Assembly: GCF_037042905.1 (NCBI RefSeq)
Contig: NC_087245.1
Coordinates: forward strand, 11,906,001 to 11,970,000
Origin: Lytechinus pictus
Lineage: Eukaryota
DNA length: 64,000 nt
Reading direction: 5' to 3'
The notes below the pieces were generated by a model that worked only from the letters and a program-made list of their open reading frames with translations, did not search any database and had not been told where the DNA came from. Below are positions 48,631-62,618 of the stretch, piece by piece (the stretch's first letter is position 1; each line of letters opens with the position of its first letter). Both the position numbers and the translations under genes were made by a program.

Positions 48631-49731
48631 TATAAATAAGCATAAGCCACAGAATGAAAAATTATGATAACAATAACAAAATTATAAGCAAAGAGGAACG
48701 CGCCTTTGTACTGTTAAGAAAAAGACCCGATCTATTAATGTTCATTAATATGAACCTGACAACGGCAACTCGAAAAGAGTGATACAGCTTAGTGGAAACG
48801 CTCATAATAGCAAAGGCCACTTATCTGCCAATTAATTGAATTATAATATATAGGCCTAGTACACTTGACATGAAATTATGAACAGATTAAACCGAATCAA
48901 GAATAGGAGATTATAGTTCTGAGTATATTATATATACAAGAACCCAAATATTTTTTAATAATTATTTTTATGTGAGATAGAATTTAAATAACTGGTAACT
49001 AAAATCATATCACTTGAAATGGAACTTATTGACTAGTAATATCGAATGACACTATGAATGTGTTTCTAGACCATGCCTCACAGGAGTGTCACTGAATACA
49101 CTCCATTCCCTTGGAAGCCATATTTGATATTTTGACAGGGGCTATTGAAAATATAATAATATTGCAACATAACGTTTGAAATTACTTTACTGGTCACAAC
49201 TCATGATAATGTGTTCGAACAATCTAATCTTCAATTTTTGTCTGTTATGTTGCACGTTTGCGGAAGTTAATCATTTTTTTATATTGTTAAAGACAGTGTC
49301 CAATCATCAACGCGTATTTTCAACACAAATCAGTTTCAGTTTTCCCATGAAACTGGCGGAATCACGCATCGCCATCAAAGACAACGGTGCACCTGTGAAG
49401 TCTTCTGTACTTCTTCAGAAGTGAAAAGCTGCATTTGTTGTTCGTTCTTGAAAATATTATTGATTTCGGCTCTCTCACTTTGCTCGCTTACAAATTTCCA
49501 AAGTAGTATGCCGTATCAAAATCTCAACGCCTTCTCAAAAATGGCCTCATTACGCCACTGGCATGACTAGTGACAACAAAACAAATGTTATGTCCCTTTC
49601 CGGGCTAATATTGTTTTTCTTATTCCGATTTTTCATTATTTTGAATAATTTCTTTTTGTCCCTTACATCCTGTGTTTGACACCTTATAAAAATCATGTTA
49701 TAACGCTCAAGAATATAGATTGAAAACTTAC

Positions 49732-49820
49732 CGATTCTTGTAGAAGTAAGTCTGTTATGAAAAACGGACAATCTTATTCCAATTCTAAATATCAAAGTGA
49801 ATTTATTGCTATTATATTCT
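49732..49820 (-). promoter_or_regulatory. Putative non-coding first exon and core promoter of the subtilase gene
   Basis: The subtilase ATG exon has an acceptor (TTACAG) 2 nt before the ATG, so an upstream exon is expected. There is a minus-strand donor ATCG|GTAAGT at 49732/49731 and a TATA-like TATAAT ~80 bp further upstream. Confidence 0.35.
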
Positions 49821-50119
49821 GTACGTCTACATGTATATGTAAAAAAATTAGCTCCTGCACTCACGTTATCAGATACTTGAACATTGCACGTGTGCAATTT
49901 CCCATAAAAATTTCATAATTGCATTGTGCGTTATTACAGAGTTCATAATTACAGAACTGTTCAAATATAATTAACAGTTTTGATATTTATCATAATTGAT
50001 TCTTTAGTAGATAAAGTATATTAATGGTCACAATTAGGCCCAGTATTCAACAAATACTAACCTTAATGTTATATGCAGGCAGATGCGTAAATGTACACAC
50101 TGATAACGGTATATATAAT

Positions 50120-50510
50120 AGTTCGGTTTATTTCCAATTGGACTAATGCCAATTCGTCTAATCACCAACTCGTCTACTATCATTTGGTCTACCATCGATT
50201 CGTCCACTATCCACATGGTCTAATTGTCATTTCATCTATTAACCAGGTGGTCCAATAGCCATTTAATCCATAAACCATTTGGTCTAATTGAATAAGTGTT
50301 AATTGGGAGAAATGAATGAAAAAAGTGGTATTAGAGCAACTGGTTATTAGACGAAATGGTCATAGACGAACTGATGATTAGACGAAGTGATTATTGGACC
50401 AAACGGTTGTTAGACGAAATGTTGATGGACGGAATGGCATTAGACTAAATGAAGGTAACCAAGTGGTGAGTGGACGAGTTGGTAGTGGACGAATTGGCAA
50501 TTTACCAACA
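50120..50510. mobile_element. Foldback MITE built from ~15-bp subrepeats
   Basis: TGCCAATTCGTCTAATCACCAACTCGTCTACT... vs ...AGTGGACGAGTTGGTAGTGGACGAATTGGCA; many TCGTCTA / TAGACGA subunits in opposite orientation in the two halves. Confidence 0.75.
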
Positions 50511-51471
50511 GTTCTATGACCTATATTAGGCCCACTGCGAATTCATAATGATTAGTGTTTTTATTTTAATCCATATTCATTTTGCTCTTTTCTGACAGAG
50601 GAAGTAGCGAAGTAAGTTAGGTAAAGTTTTGGTAGGAAGTCAATGATATAAACGATCACAGATTATTAATATTCCAACTTTCAAGTCTCATAGTGACAAT
50701 CAATCATATTAGAATCTGTTAGCGGCTGGGATTTATAAAGAAGGTAGCAAAATTCTAACATCGTGATGTTTTTTTTCTATTTCCCAGTGAAAAGTAGGAT
50801 TATCTTTAAGCGTTCGACTGTAGATGCACATTTTGTTCTTTATCTTCCATCTTCTTATTTTCTTATCGTCGGATTTTGATTTTTACCAATCCTTTTTAAG
50901 AGTGCATTCTCTATAACAAATATAATATAATACTGATTAGTAGTAATTCTTGCATTTTTTTAGGTTCTCTTTTTTTTCTTCAATTTTTGAATAAAATGTA
51001 TTTGAATTCCGTCTTTGCCTCAGTAATTAACTTCCCATTATCATGATTATACCCCTCATCTATTCCACTATTGTTTCATTTTATATACTCCTTGCATTTT
51101 TACAATCTGTCTATATCATTCTCCTTTAACTTTCTTTTCCTCGTTTCCTTTCCCTTATATATTGGTATCACGAATTGGCTGTTTTTTGTATATTATTATA
51201 ATAACTATGATCAATAAGATTCTCTTTCAAAAGTAATCGAATAATTATTTGTAATACTTGACTGATTTAAGCCAGGTTTTCCAAATTTTCTAATATGGGG
51301 ACATAATCTGTAAAGGTACATTGTGCTAGTTTTATCTGAAAGGATTGGGGAAACAGCGCCCTCTTGTATGCATGCAGCAGGAGATTGCGACGACTCGGTC
51401 ACAATCGTCAACAAAATAATGGTTCGACGTGCATGAAATTTCCTCAGTCGAAGACTAGAAGTCTAACTTAA

Positions 51472-52095
51472 AGGTCAAGTCCCGGGGTCAAGTCCACCCC
51501 ATGAAATTGTTGACTTGAATCGAAGAGAAAAATCAATTAAGTATAACGCTGAAAATTTCATCAAAATCAGATGTAAAATAAGAAAGTTACATATTAAAAG
51601 TCTCTCTTATTTTTCACAAAACAGTTAAATGGATAATTCAATGATACGCAAATGAGAGTCTATATGATGTCCCTCACTTACTATTTCTTTTGTTCTATTG
51701 TGTGAACTATTAATATTTCAATTTTTCATATTTGACAATAATATTCAACTTGACTGAACAAAAAATGTTAAACAATGGTTCAAGGAGGAATAAAATTTTG
51801 TTTCACATGACATTGAGGAGAACATTTGAAAATTTCCTAGTCATATAAGGAAATACAAAAGCAATAGTGATTGGGTGATGTCATCAGTTCACGCATTTGC
51901 ATACTGACCAGGACTCTGGGTATATAACTGTTTTGTGAAATTAAGCAAAACTGTCAAATGTCATAACTTTCTTATATTCCATCCGATTTTCATGAAATTT
52001 TTAAGTGTTATGCTTGTTGGATTTCTCCCCTTTTATTCAAATCACTTTTTTTTTTTTTTTTTTTTTTTTTGGGGGGGGGGGGTTTGACATGTCCT
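51472..52095. mobile_element. Kolobok/T2-like MITE (TTAA TSD), sibling of 47434-48021
   Basis: TTAA|AGGTCAAGTCC(CGGGGTCAAGTCC)ACCCC ... GACATGTCCT|TTAA; interior colinear with 47434-48021. Confidence 0.85.
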
Positions 52096-52124
52096 TTAAG
52101 AAGATGACTGATGTGATACAGTAG

Positions 52125-52165
52125 AAGTATGGGTGATGGTGGTGATGGTGGTAGTAGTGGTATAA

Positions 52166-52201
<36 letters not shown>

Positions 52202-52242
52202 ATAGTAGTAATAGTAGTAGTATCAGTAGTAGTAGAAGTAGT

Positions 52243-52298
<56 letters not shown>

Positions 52299-52313
52299 AA
52301 GTAGTAGTAGTAT

Positions 52314-52344
<31 letters not shown>

Positions 52345-52358
52345 ATAGTAGTAGCAGC

Positions 52359-52416
<58 letters not shown>

Positions 52417-52485
52417 ATAGTAGTAGTAGTAGTAAAAGAAGTAGTAGTAGTTGTGGTGGTTCGTAATAGAAGTCGTAGTGTAGCA

Positions 52486-52537
<52 letters not shown>

Positions 52538-52639
52538 CAGTATTAGCAGCAGCATCAGCAGCAGTAGTAGAAGTAGTATTAGCAGTAGTAGCAGTAGTAG
52601 CAGTAGTAGCAGTAGTAGCAGTAGTAGCAGTAGGAGTAG

Positions 52640-52683
<44 letters not shown>

Positions 52684-52705
52684 ATAGTAGTACTGTAGTA
52701 TAGTA
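52125..52705. repeat. (AGT)n/(AGC)n compound microsatellite
   Basis: ~580 bp of GTA/GCA triplets; source of the poly-S/V/L/Y ORFs. Confidence 0.95.
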
Positions 52706-54236
52706 TAGTCTGTGGTGGTAGTAGAAGTAGGAATTGTAGTATGTATACGTGATTTTATATAAGGAAAATCTGAATACAAAGAGGGGTGGGGAGGATGACC
52801 GTCATTATGATTTTTCAAGTGATACATTTCAAAAAGAGATTGGGAAGGAAAGGGTAAGAAAGAGAAGAAGAAAAGGTGCATTGAACGTATTGCTGCATTG
52901 TGTGAATGTATGATTACCAGTGGCGTAACAGGCGGGGGGCAGGGGGACAAGAAAGAAGGAAAGAAGGATAAAAATGGAAAGGGAATAGTGAAAAGGGAAA
53001 ACGGAAAGAAAGCGGGAAAAAGAAGGAAAGAAGAACATGTGAGGAAGTACAAAATGTCCTGAAATATTAATACATCAGTATGATTAGCAAGAGAGAAATA
53101 TAAAATCAAAAGATATGACTAAATGGCACGGGCAAGAATGGCTGGAAAATGGAAGAAAGAGGCAAACAGAAACGGGAAATGAAGGAAGAGCCAAAAGCTA
53201 AATAAAAGGGACAAGAAAAATATTTTAAAACACGACCGGGCTGCCGAGAAATGAAAAATATAAAGAACGGGTTCAAAAGTTGATGGCGTCTATTGTAAGC
53301 TTTCTCAGTGTTATTCAGTAATGGTCGCAATCAGGACAAAAATCCTTAGCCAAGGGCTACCCTTATGTCCTAACCTTAGTAAAGCTTTACGCTGGCTAGA
53401 TTTACCGTAAAAAGCCTCTTAATTATTACTTTGCCTAAATTTCCAAAGCTATACTATAACATAATTAAGAATTTAATTTCAAAATCATTTGAAAAGGCCA
53501 AATTTTTCTGGTTCGCTTCGCTCGCTGGCGACTTCACAAATTTTACCACATCTGCTATGTTGTGCTGCCTCAAAATATTTCGTTTATTATCCGCAACTGC
53601 TTTGAAGTTTTGTGTTGTGTATGTACCCGCGGTTTGATAAAAAAGTGGCCAACTGCAATGATTAAAAATATCGCAAGGTTCCGGTGGTTCCGCCCCAGAC
53701 CAGTGGCAGCACCAGGGGGGAGGCACGGGGGGCGGTTGCCCCGGTGAGTTGCCTCCCCCCCGCCGAAATTTTGAAAAATAAAAAATGTATAGTAGATGTT
53801 GTCACAAGCTTCCCCCTAAAGCTGCAAAGTGCTCCAAAACAGATTTTTCCTTCTTTAAATTTTGAAAATTTTCTCATCCATTCAATATTAGTTCCCGAAA
53901 TCTTTTGTTACTAACATAAATATTTCAGGTCATTATATAAAATTCAAATTTCACTCGCGCTACGCGCTCGCAGTGACCCTTGATCGAGATAAGTAAATTA
54001 ACTGTTCACATGCATGGGGCTTAAAAGTCCAATGTTCAAGTCAATATGCTTCTCGTAATTAAAGTTTTCATTAATCGTTTTTGCGAGATACACATCCTGC
54101 GTATTCATAATTTTCATAAATCAAAAATTTTCGCTCGCATCAATTGATTAATTCAGATTTGATTAAAAGAAACGTGGTAATACAAAGCTTAAAACAAAAG
54201 TAAATGCAATATATGATATCAGATGGGATAGGTTTA

Positions 54237-54704
54237 CAGTGCGTATAAAAAAATTACATTTTTGGAAAAGCGGTAAAATTCTGTTTTTGAATACGATACT
54301 TTTTTATATTGATAAAGTAATGTCTCCTTTATAAGATGACACCAAAAAAAAATTATTTTGTTTGTGCATGAAACTCTTACATGTCTTTTCCTGTGTGCCG
54401 ATTGTGATAATGAATTGAATCTTAGTTTTTTTTACATAATCACAAATGAATGAAAAGTGAAAGATATTTGATTGCGAGCTCTAGATTCATTTGGTTTCTC
54501 TCATTTTGTACATTTCCTTCATTATGGTGGAAGCCATTTTTGACACCCTGAAGAAAATGGGTCACTGTTTGGTATATTTGCATTATTTGTGTGTCATCTG
54601 ATAGAGGGGACTTATAGTTTAGAGCATCTATCAATATCAAAATGTCTCTTTCATGTTTAGAAACGATAGTTTTTCCAAAAATGTAACGTTATTGATAGGG
54701 ACTG
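54237..54704. mobile_element. Tc1/mariner-type MITE (TA|CAGT...ACTG|TA)
   Basis: Left end CAGTGCGTATAAAAAAATTACATTTTTGGAAAA; right end (reverse complement) CAGTCCCTATCAATAACGTTACATTTTTGGAAAA; TA on both sides. Confidence 0.7.
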
Positions 54705-55089
54705 TAAGCGAAAGTGCCATAGAAAGTGACGAAACTGACTTATGTTGATATGAGTTTTGAAGCTACTGAAAATCCTCGTGTTCTCAAATTAATCTACTAA
54801 TATTAAAAGGGGAATCAAATGCACATACGACTTACAGGTTAATATGTTGTTTGTAAATGGTTAAGTATTGATGTATTCTATTCCAATTCACGTCATTTCT
54901 TTCCTAAAACTTGATGAAGACCTCAATTCTTTAATTTCTTATCATCTTTCTGAATTGATTGTCAGGAAACCTGAAAATTAGAGACTTGAAGCATCGCTGA
55001 AGGATATGAATTTATGTTTTTAGGAAGTCAAACCGCAATCCACTCCGTCCAGGTTGAGACTTCTGCTGTGCATCAAGGCAGGGAAGCAG

Positions 55090-55477
55090 AAGCAGCGTCA
55101 AAAACTCACCTTCCGTCAAAACCCTGACGGGGAAAGATGGGGAGGAAGCGAGAGAGAGAGAGAGAGAGTAAGAGAGATGGTTATGGGTACGGTATTAGGT
55201 GTGCGTTCAAACGGGATGAGGGGTGAATCAAGTGTGAAATGTTTGCCAACTCCGCCCACTTTCAGAGTGATTTATGTGCCCTTTCAGCCAATGGGAATGA
55301 AGTATTCTCATGGTTGTTGGAACTTTCTCTCTCGAGTTCAGCGGTAGTGGAAAGAGAAAGTGATAGCAAGCAATTCACCATTTCTCCAAAAAATTATTTC
55401 TGTTTTCCTCTACGACTAAGACGACTTTTTGACCATGCCTGTACTGGAAGAGAATCCACCTTTTAACCCAGGTAAGT
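55090..55477 (+). promoter_or_regulatory. Putative promoter and non-coding first exon of a downstream + strand gene
   Basis: CRE half-sites CGTCA/TGACG (55096, 55114, 55125), a (GA)n tract, GC box CCGCCC (55252), CCAAT (55288), then a perfect donor CCAG|GTAAGT at 55471/55472. Confidence 0.45.
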
Positions 55478-57359
55478 GAAATTAAAAAGTACTTAATTAA
55501 TTGCAGCATAGTATATTCAAAACTAAAACTATAATTTCCGTTGATTTTTTTTTCATCTTTCATTTACCATTTGAATTCATCAGATCTCGCTCTGTTTCCT
55601 GTATAATAAACTATATCGTAAATGTAAATATTTAGCAAACTATGTACATAAAAGTGAAATCAATTGTAAACATTATCTTTGTATCAGATTATATTACAAG
55701 ACCCTCACATTCCCAGTTAGGATTTTATACCAACTCTGGGCTAATCATAAGTAACAAATTTCTCCCTCAACGTTATTTTTCATAATTTGTTTTTTGTATC
55801 GGAAAATTCATGAAAAATAGCCAATATGGTCATCGAACTAAACACAATTAACATCTTTTTAAGGTAATAAATGTTTAAAAGCAGAATATTACAGATAAAC
55901 TTATTATTTCCAAATACTTTCATGTCCATGCATTTTATCTAGCAACGTATTCATCTCATTTAATTGATTTATTGATCAATCGATCGATTGATTTTATTTA
56001 TTTATTTATTTATTTTACCAAGTCTCCAATACACAGCAATATATTTGGTTTCATACTTCACAAAACTGAATTTTGTCGATATTTATCAAAGCGGAGAAGA
56101 GTTTCGCGTCCAATATTAATCATATATTGTACAATATTTGTTTTTTTCTTCTGTATTCGTACATAAAACATAGGGAACTTTTACATTCATTGTTATTTTA
56201 TCATTCACAGATGGCATAATATTATTGTTCATATATTTTTCAAATAAGTTTATCGTGATCTGTGTCTTACCTTTGTTTAATTACACTACTTCTTTTGATT
56301 TTTGTTGGCTTTGTAAATTGAACATTTTCAGCCTGCTAGCTGCCTGATTTATGTTGTTTTTAATAAACCAATTCACTTTAATCCAATCCTAGACTTCCTA
56401 AACTCGTGTGAGAGGCTACTTTTAACTATGTTTCGGATATTATTTGTGTTTTTTAACCTACTTGATTTCATTATCTTCTTTATTTTTCACGTATCTTTTT
56501 TTAAAACATATCATAAAAGAAATAAACAACAATCCATATAAATTTATGAACATCATTTTAACGTGAATTCTCATTAAGAATATGAAAGTTTACATTTGTG
56601 AAAGTTTAATTCGACACTTAATAATGAAACATATAACAGCCCTGGTTATTTTTTTAAAGAAGGAATTTTTCAAAGTGAACATCTTGAGAAAGAATTTAGT
56701 AATAATCTGATATGATTTGTGAAAATATTAACTTGGATCATTCATACGCTATATTAGATTATTATTTAAGCATGAAAGCTACAATTATCTTTAGAAATGT
56801 CACCCGAATATAAAACAACACATATAGAATGAGCGCATAATTTGCAGATTAAAATGGAAATGAATATATATATGTTCATTTATTTTAACTGCCTTAAAGT
56901 ATTGATAATAGCCCAACTTTTGTATATAAAAAAGTCATCATAATTTAGCTGCACTGGTTGAAAATATTTGAATATTTGTTCTTACACACTGTAAATATCA
57001 TTGTTATCTAATGTGTTGTCCCACATGACAGCAAAATCCAAATCTGCAAATCTTTTTTTAAAAAGGCAAAAGCAACACAAAAGTTTCCACTTGTCTCACT
57101 GTTTATCCACTCGTCTGAAATCTTAACGTACAACTATCGCAATTTATCAATTTGAATGTACCGATTGTTCATCAAGACAACAATCTTTTTCAAAGTTGAA
57201 TTAATGATACAAATATTGACAAAATTTGGCATAAATCTTTCCTTGCGATTTTTTTTTTCATTACAATTTCAACATCAATATATTCTGACTATTGAAATGA
57301 ATACGCAAACATCGCCTTTCGTTCAAACATTTGACAATATGTATGCCCCCGAATTTCTG

Positions 57360-57553
57360 TAAAATCCACAGTGTGCTGCACTCAACCCAGGTGAGGTAAA
57401 TGGGTACCGGTAGGAAGTAATTCCTTAAAAAGCTGTGTGCGCTATGAACGCCTAGCTTAGCCGGGTAATATAGGACCGCCTTGAGCACCTAACAAGGTGG
57501 ATATAATAATATGTGCGCAATATAAATACCCTATATTATTATTATTATTATTA
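57360..57553 (+). mobile_element. 5'-truncated SINE (central CACTCAACCCAGGTG..AAATGGGTACC domain, L2-like tail)
   Basis: GCACTCAACCCAGGTGAGGTAAATGGGTACCGG ... CGCCTTGAGCACC...GTGCGCAATATAAATACCCTATATTATTATTATTATT. Confidence 0.6.
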
Positions 57554-59767
57554 AAAAAATTGCACTCCCCAAAATGTGTTCCGTTATTTTGGAAGTCTTG
57601 TCGCAATGTTCAACATTTTAAACAATTTGAAATTATCATCATTTTTTTAATTTTACATTATCAAAACAGACATTAAAAACTTCATTTAAAGGAAGTTTAA
57701 ATCTCATTGGGTTCTTTTCAAAATCTTTTCTAAGATTCTGATAAACGAATTAGAACAAACTTTGAAAATGTCTGCTCACTGAAGTCTGCCATACAAAATT
57801 ATGTACGGATTAATTACATTTCTGAAGCGAATGTGTTAGATGTAAATTGATCTGCGACCAATTTTTTTATGAACGGTTTAAAAAATTAGAAAGGTTGAAT
57901 GCTAGGAGGGAATCAGTAATGTAGCAAGGCAACGGAATGAAATCGCTTGCTTTGTTACACAAATGGAAAACAATTATATTTTTTAATTGACTATTATAAT
58001 GGTAGAAGTATTCCAAGAACTGTGCACCCTTTTGGTCTAAAGTCTTTTTTATTACCAAATTATTTTCATCCGAATTCTGTCTTTATTTCAAAATGCAAAG
58101 TCATACAACATGATTAGGCACTTCAATTTTCAATTTGTTAGCAATATATACCTTCAAGAGATAAGTTGTGATTTTTAAAGGACAAAAAATATATTTTAAA
58201 TGTGTAAAGAAGTGAGTACTTTTTTTTATTATTGTGTGTGAAACATGTCCGAAAATGGTTGAACGAGTACTAGTATTGAAAGACAATTTTTCATCTTTTA
58301 GAGATAAATGTAAACGTATAAGAGGATTTCGATTACAAATCAAGAATGTCAAATTACAATTTCTGATTATGTTTCTTGTATTTATATTTCTCATTTTATT
58401 TTTCATTTTTCTTTAGGGGGGGAGAGTGCATGGTATAAAAAACATAATCAAGGGTAAACAAATATACAACATAAATTGTTTATAGGTAGAAGTGAGTGTA
58501 CCATGATATTTTTTAAGTTTTAAAAAGAATGTGCTAAAGAGAAAATTATGACTATGTTGCGTTAACTTTCATTGCTTAAAGACCTCATTCTGAAGCTAAT
58601 AGACATACATATTGTCACATTGTGCTAAAGTATGTCATAAATCTTTGAGGATGTGCGCTTAGGCCTACATAACGAAGATATGGAACTTTTTTAAGAGTTT
58701 CATACTTTTTTGAAGCCGTAATCTATCATCCGAGACCATGGATCATATCGGATTCATCCATGGTCTGACCGAGAAAAGCAATGCGAGATATTGCCTGTAT
58801 AAGTGCGGGGGCAAGACAGCTTCCTTATTGTTTTAAATCACTGCTGACAAATGCTATCATCAACCCTCAGTAATCGTATAGAGAAGGAAGCCTGAGAGAT
58901 TAACCAACTGATTGATTTGGTATTGAGAAATATGACTATGGAGATAATCCCTTACACCTTGGTATTTCAAAGGTGTACCTTGACCTATACTAAAGAAGGG
59001 ATATCGTGTTATTTTGGAATCGTCTGATGTGGATGCTTTTCTGACAAAAAAACAGATTTATTCTTTACAAAATCAAATACTGTAGTACTCTCATAAATTC
59101 CCCTAAACCAAAGAAAAGTTAATTAAACTAATATAGTTACATCACTATTTTTTTATTCAAGTAAAAAAATTGGGGGCCAATAAAAAAAAGTTTCGAAGAA
59201 AGGGCAGTGAGAATCCTCAAGAAATAGAATTATCAAGAAAATCGAGTCAGGTCGGGGTGGTGACTTGCTCTTCGTGAAAACGTGCCACAATTTGGGAAAT
59301 CGTTTTAATCTCTGCATTCTTATTTTAAGCGTCTATTTATTTTTCTTATTTGGCGGCAGTCATCATGGTCATATTTTGAATAAAGTAAGAAGATAACCGA
59401 ACAATTCGGACCAACTCTTCGGAAAAACTTTTGATAATTTAATCACAGTTTAGTGGAACGTTTTATCTGGTCTATAAATATCACAACAAGGTTTAGAATA
59501 TAATAAGGGTTACCAACAATTCTTGTTTGGATTTAATTCTTCAATATAAAACCGATTTACTAACACCTGTAGATTTTTATTTTCTACCATACCAGTATTT
59601 TTTTAATTCTGATCTAAAGAATTAAAATTACATTCATCTCTTGGTATGATTAGCTCTATGTATATGTCATCGTAAAACAACGTTATAATATGCAATATGG
59701 AGCAGATTTTGGTGTAATACAATACTTATTCTGATCAGACCAAGATAATTTCACCTAATTCATGACA

Positions 59768-60130
59768 CGTACAAAATTGTCCATAACTTTCGTAACTTCA
59801 AAGAAAAGGTATTCGTTTATCACATTGAATTGTGACATTAGAAATACAATTTTTGACAATTGCTCTGAATAAAAAGAGGACTTAATACAGCTATATTCAA
59901 ATATTTTATTTTAGGCCTACCTTAATTATTCAGAACAATTATCAAAACTTGTACTTCTATAATTTCACAATTCCATGTGATAAATGAACACAAAAAGTTA
60001 CAAAAGTTAATTATTTTAGGCCTACCTTAATTACTCAGAACAATTATCAAAACTTGTACTTCTATAATTTCACAATTCCATGTGATAAATGAATACAAAA
60101 AGTTACAAAAGTTACGGAAACTATTGTACC
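59768..60130. repeat. Foldback element with one arm tandemly duplicated (2 x 105 bp)
   Basis: 59906-60010 and 60011-60114 are near-identical direct repeats; ~59770-59872 is a diverged reverse complement of that unit. Confidence 0.8.
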
Positions 60131-61589
60131 TGGCAAGTAGCGACCGAGAGAGAAAATGCTCGAATTTCAATAGTAAAAGCTAAAGTATATACTTGGCGAC
60201 ATGAATGGAATACTGCTTGTTTACGATCATAGGACCTATTATACAGTAGGCCTATCCCGAGGCATATATCTTTTTTTTTCTTTCTGGATGTAAAATGGGG
60301 GGGGGGGGCTTCAGCGATTTTTTTTTTCGGGAGGGTTCAGTCACGGTCCCCAAAGCTCACTATATAATATAGGTTGTACATGTCTTTATTTTCAAAATGC
60401 ATTATTTGTTGTATTTTGTGGGAATTTCAATATATTTTAATAATTTACCCCCATAATGAAACAGTTCATTTCAGATTAAAAAAACGGAGGTATAAAGAGG
60501 GAAATATGTGAAAGAAATTAAAGATATATAAAAGCTTTGATTAAAATTGATATAAAAATACACAACTTTGGTGCAGACTTTACCTCGGCCACCCAATTAT
60601 ATTTTGTTGATTCTTGTCGCCAGTGAATGGTCGACAGACTTGACACCTGTTATGATTTCGATGATTTAATTGGTCCGATTATCCCATAAGCTAATGATTA
60701 ATTTAGATTGTCACTGAAACATATGTGACTAAGTGTTGAGATATCAATTCAATAATGTGCGACTCCATTACCCAAATCAGAAGTTTCCCTCTTGATACAG
60801 CACCCTCCCCTTTCTAGGAGATATCTTTTGGCTGATGCTGTCACGCTAATGGACAAATACCCGGTTAATATTTAAGCTCACTATAGTAATATCATAATCC
60901 GTACTCCATTATATCAATAGTGCCAACATCATGCAAATCCTGATATGATCCTGGCGAAAAATGATATTGGCGTGCAGAAAGCCTCTCTTTATAATGCTAA
61001 TAATCCCTGATCTCTTTTCAGAAATAAATTTTAGTTTTAAAAACCCCACAAAAATACTAATATTGATTTATTTAGATATAATGGTTAAATCTGTTCCCAT
61101 ATCATTTTTATTTTATTACGCGTGCGCGTGTGTATGGTTGTGGTGGTGGTGGGGGTCTTAAATGCGTTTTGATAATCTGACTGACCTGAAACGAAATTGC
61201 TATGTTGCATGACTCTCTTTCTTACTTCAAGTCTAAAGATACTGGTTCAAATTTATCAAAATCCGATGGATTTAAAAAAAAATATCTGAGACTTCAAATA
61301 TGTTTTTTTGCTCCCAAAACCTCCCATAAAATTTAAGCATTTGATCAGGCATAAAAGAAGTCTTAAAGACTGAGATAAAAAAATAAAAATAAAAAGGGCC
61401 TATATCTTAAGGTCTCGGGAATTTAGAAAGATGGTAATTCAAAATACGGAAATGAATTGTAATTATAAACGAGCATGGTTCATCCAAAATCATTTCTTAT
61501 TGTCATTTCCAGGGAGGTTGGCGGGGGGGGGGGGTGATCACTCACAGGGTCATATTCATTTGGAAGGTATTACCAGCAAAATTTTTGAA

Positions 61590-62618
61590 TCACTGGGTGA
61601 GCGCGCGAAGCGCGCTCAGTTGCTAGTTATTCTGACCTAATAGAGACATTTTAAGCAATGTCATTGAACGGATATGTATCTCACTGATCAAATAATGCGA
61701 GCGCGAAGCGCGAGCTGAATTTTTTTTATATTCACACTTAAAAAGGGACATGATAATCAAATTTGTGTAATAATGATAGTCACCTGTCTCGCTAAACAAT
61801 GCGAACGCGAAGCGCGAGCTGAAATTTTCGTATATTTTGACCCCAAACAGCGAGATTTTAAGGAATATATTTTAGGAATCCATTAAGAGTATGCATATCT
61901 CACCATAGTCATCTAATGCGAGTGCCAAGCGCTTGCTGATTTTATTAGAATTACATCTGAACACATGAAACACTTTTTGTAGTCATTGCAATCATGATTA
62001 TCATGCGCATCTCACTAATCAAATATTGCGAGCGTGAAGCGCGAGCAGAAAATTTTTGATATTCAGATCAGAAAAAGGACATTTTAAGGACTGATTTTAG
62101 GAATTCATGAAGAGCAGACATATCTCACCGATCCACTAATGCGAACGTAATCACGGACAGGAAATGTTTTTTTTATATACGAAGACCTTAACATGGGGCA
62201 ATCACTTTTTTAGTTATGTAAAAGAAGCATAGGCCTATGTCACTACATAAAACAATGATAACTCAAGTGCTAGGAAATATATTTGGTTTATATTGACTTG
62301 AAAACGGGATGTTTTAGTACAACATGATTATATATCACGTTAAACAGACAATGCGAGCACCAGGAACAATGAAGACGTAGGCCCTGGGCAAATTATGTTT
62401 CATAAAGTTATGATAAAAATGTTTCTTATGTAATGTAACATAACATAATTATAATATAATATAACATTATAATGAATAATACTTTCTTCTTTCCCACTAC
62501 GTTTCTTTTCCTTTCTCCCTCTTTTCTCTTTTTCCCCATTTCCCCGGTTTTTTTTTTGTCAGCCGATGGCGGGAGCATGTGCCTCCCATGCCCCCCCCCC
62601 CCCGTAGTTACGCCACTG
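61590..62618 (+). mobile_element. Second copy of the GCGAGCGCGAAGCGCGAGC periodic-array element, right end ...TTACGCCACTG
   Basis: Motif at ~61598, 61697, 61801, 61918, 62028, 62141, 62353; terminal CCCCCCGTAGTTACGCCACTG. Related CAGTGGCG/CACTGGCG termini occur at ~45697, 52918, 53701 and 63030-63039. Confidence 0.6.

Noticed and set aside
52129..53109. Poly-Ser/Val/Leu/Tyr ORFs
   Set aside because: Triplet microsatellite and purine-rich low-complexity sequence.
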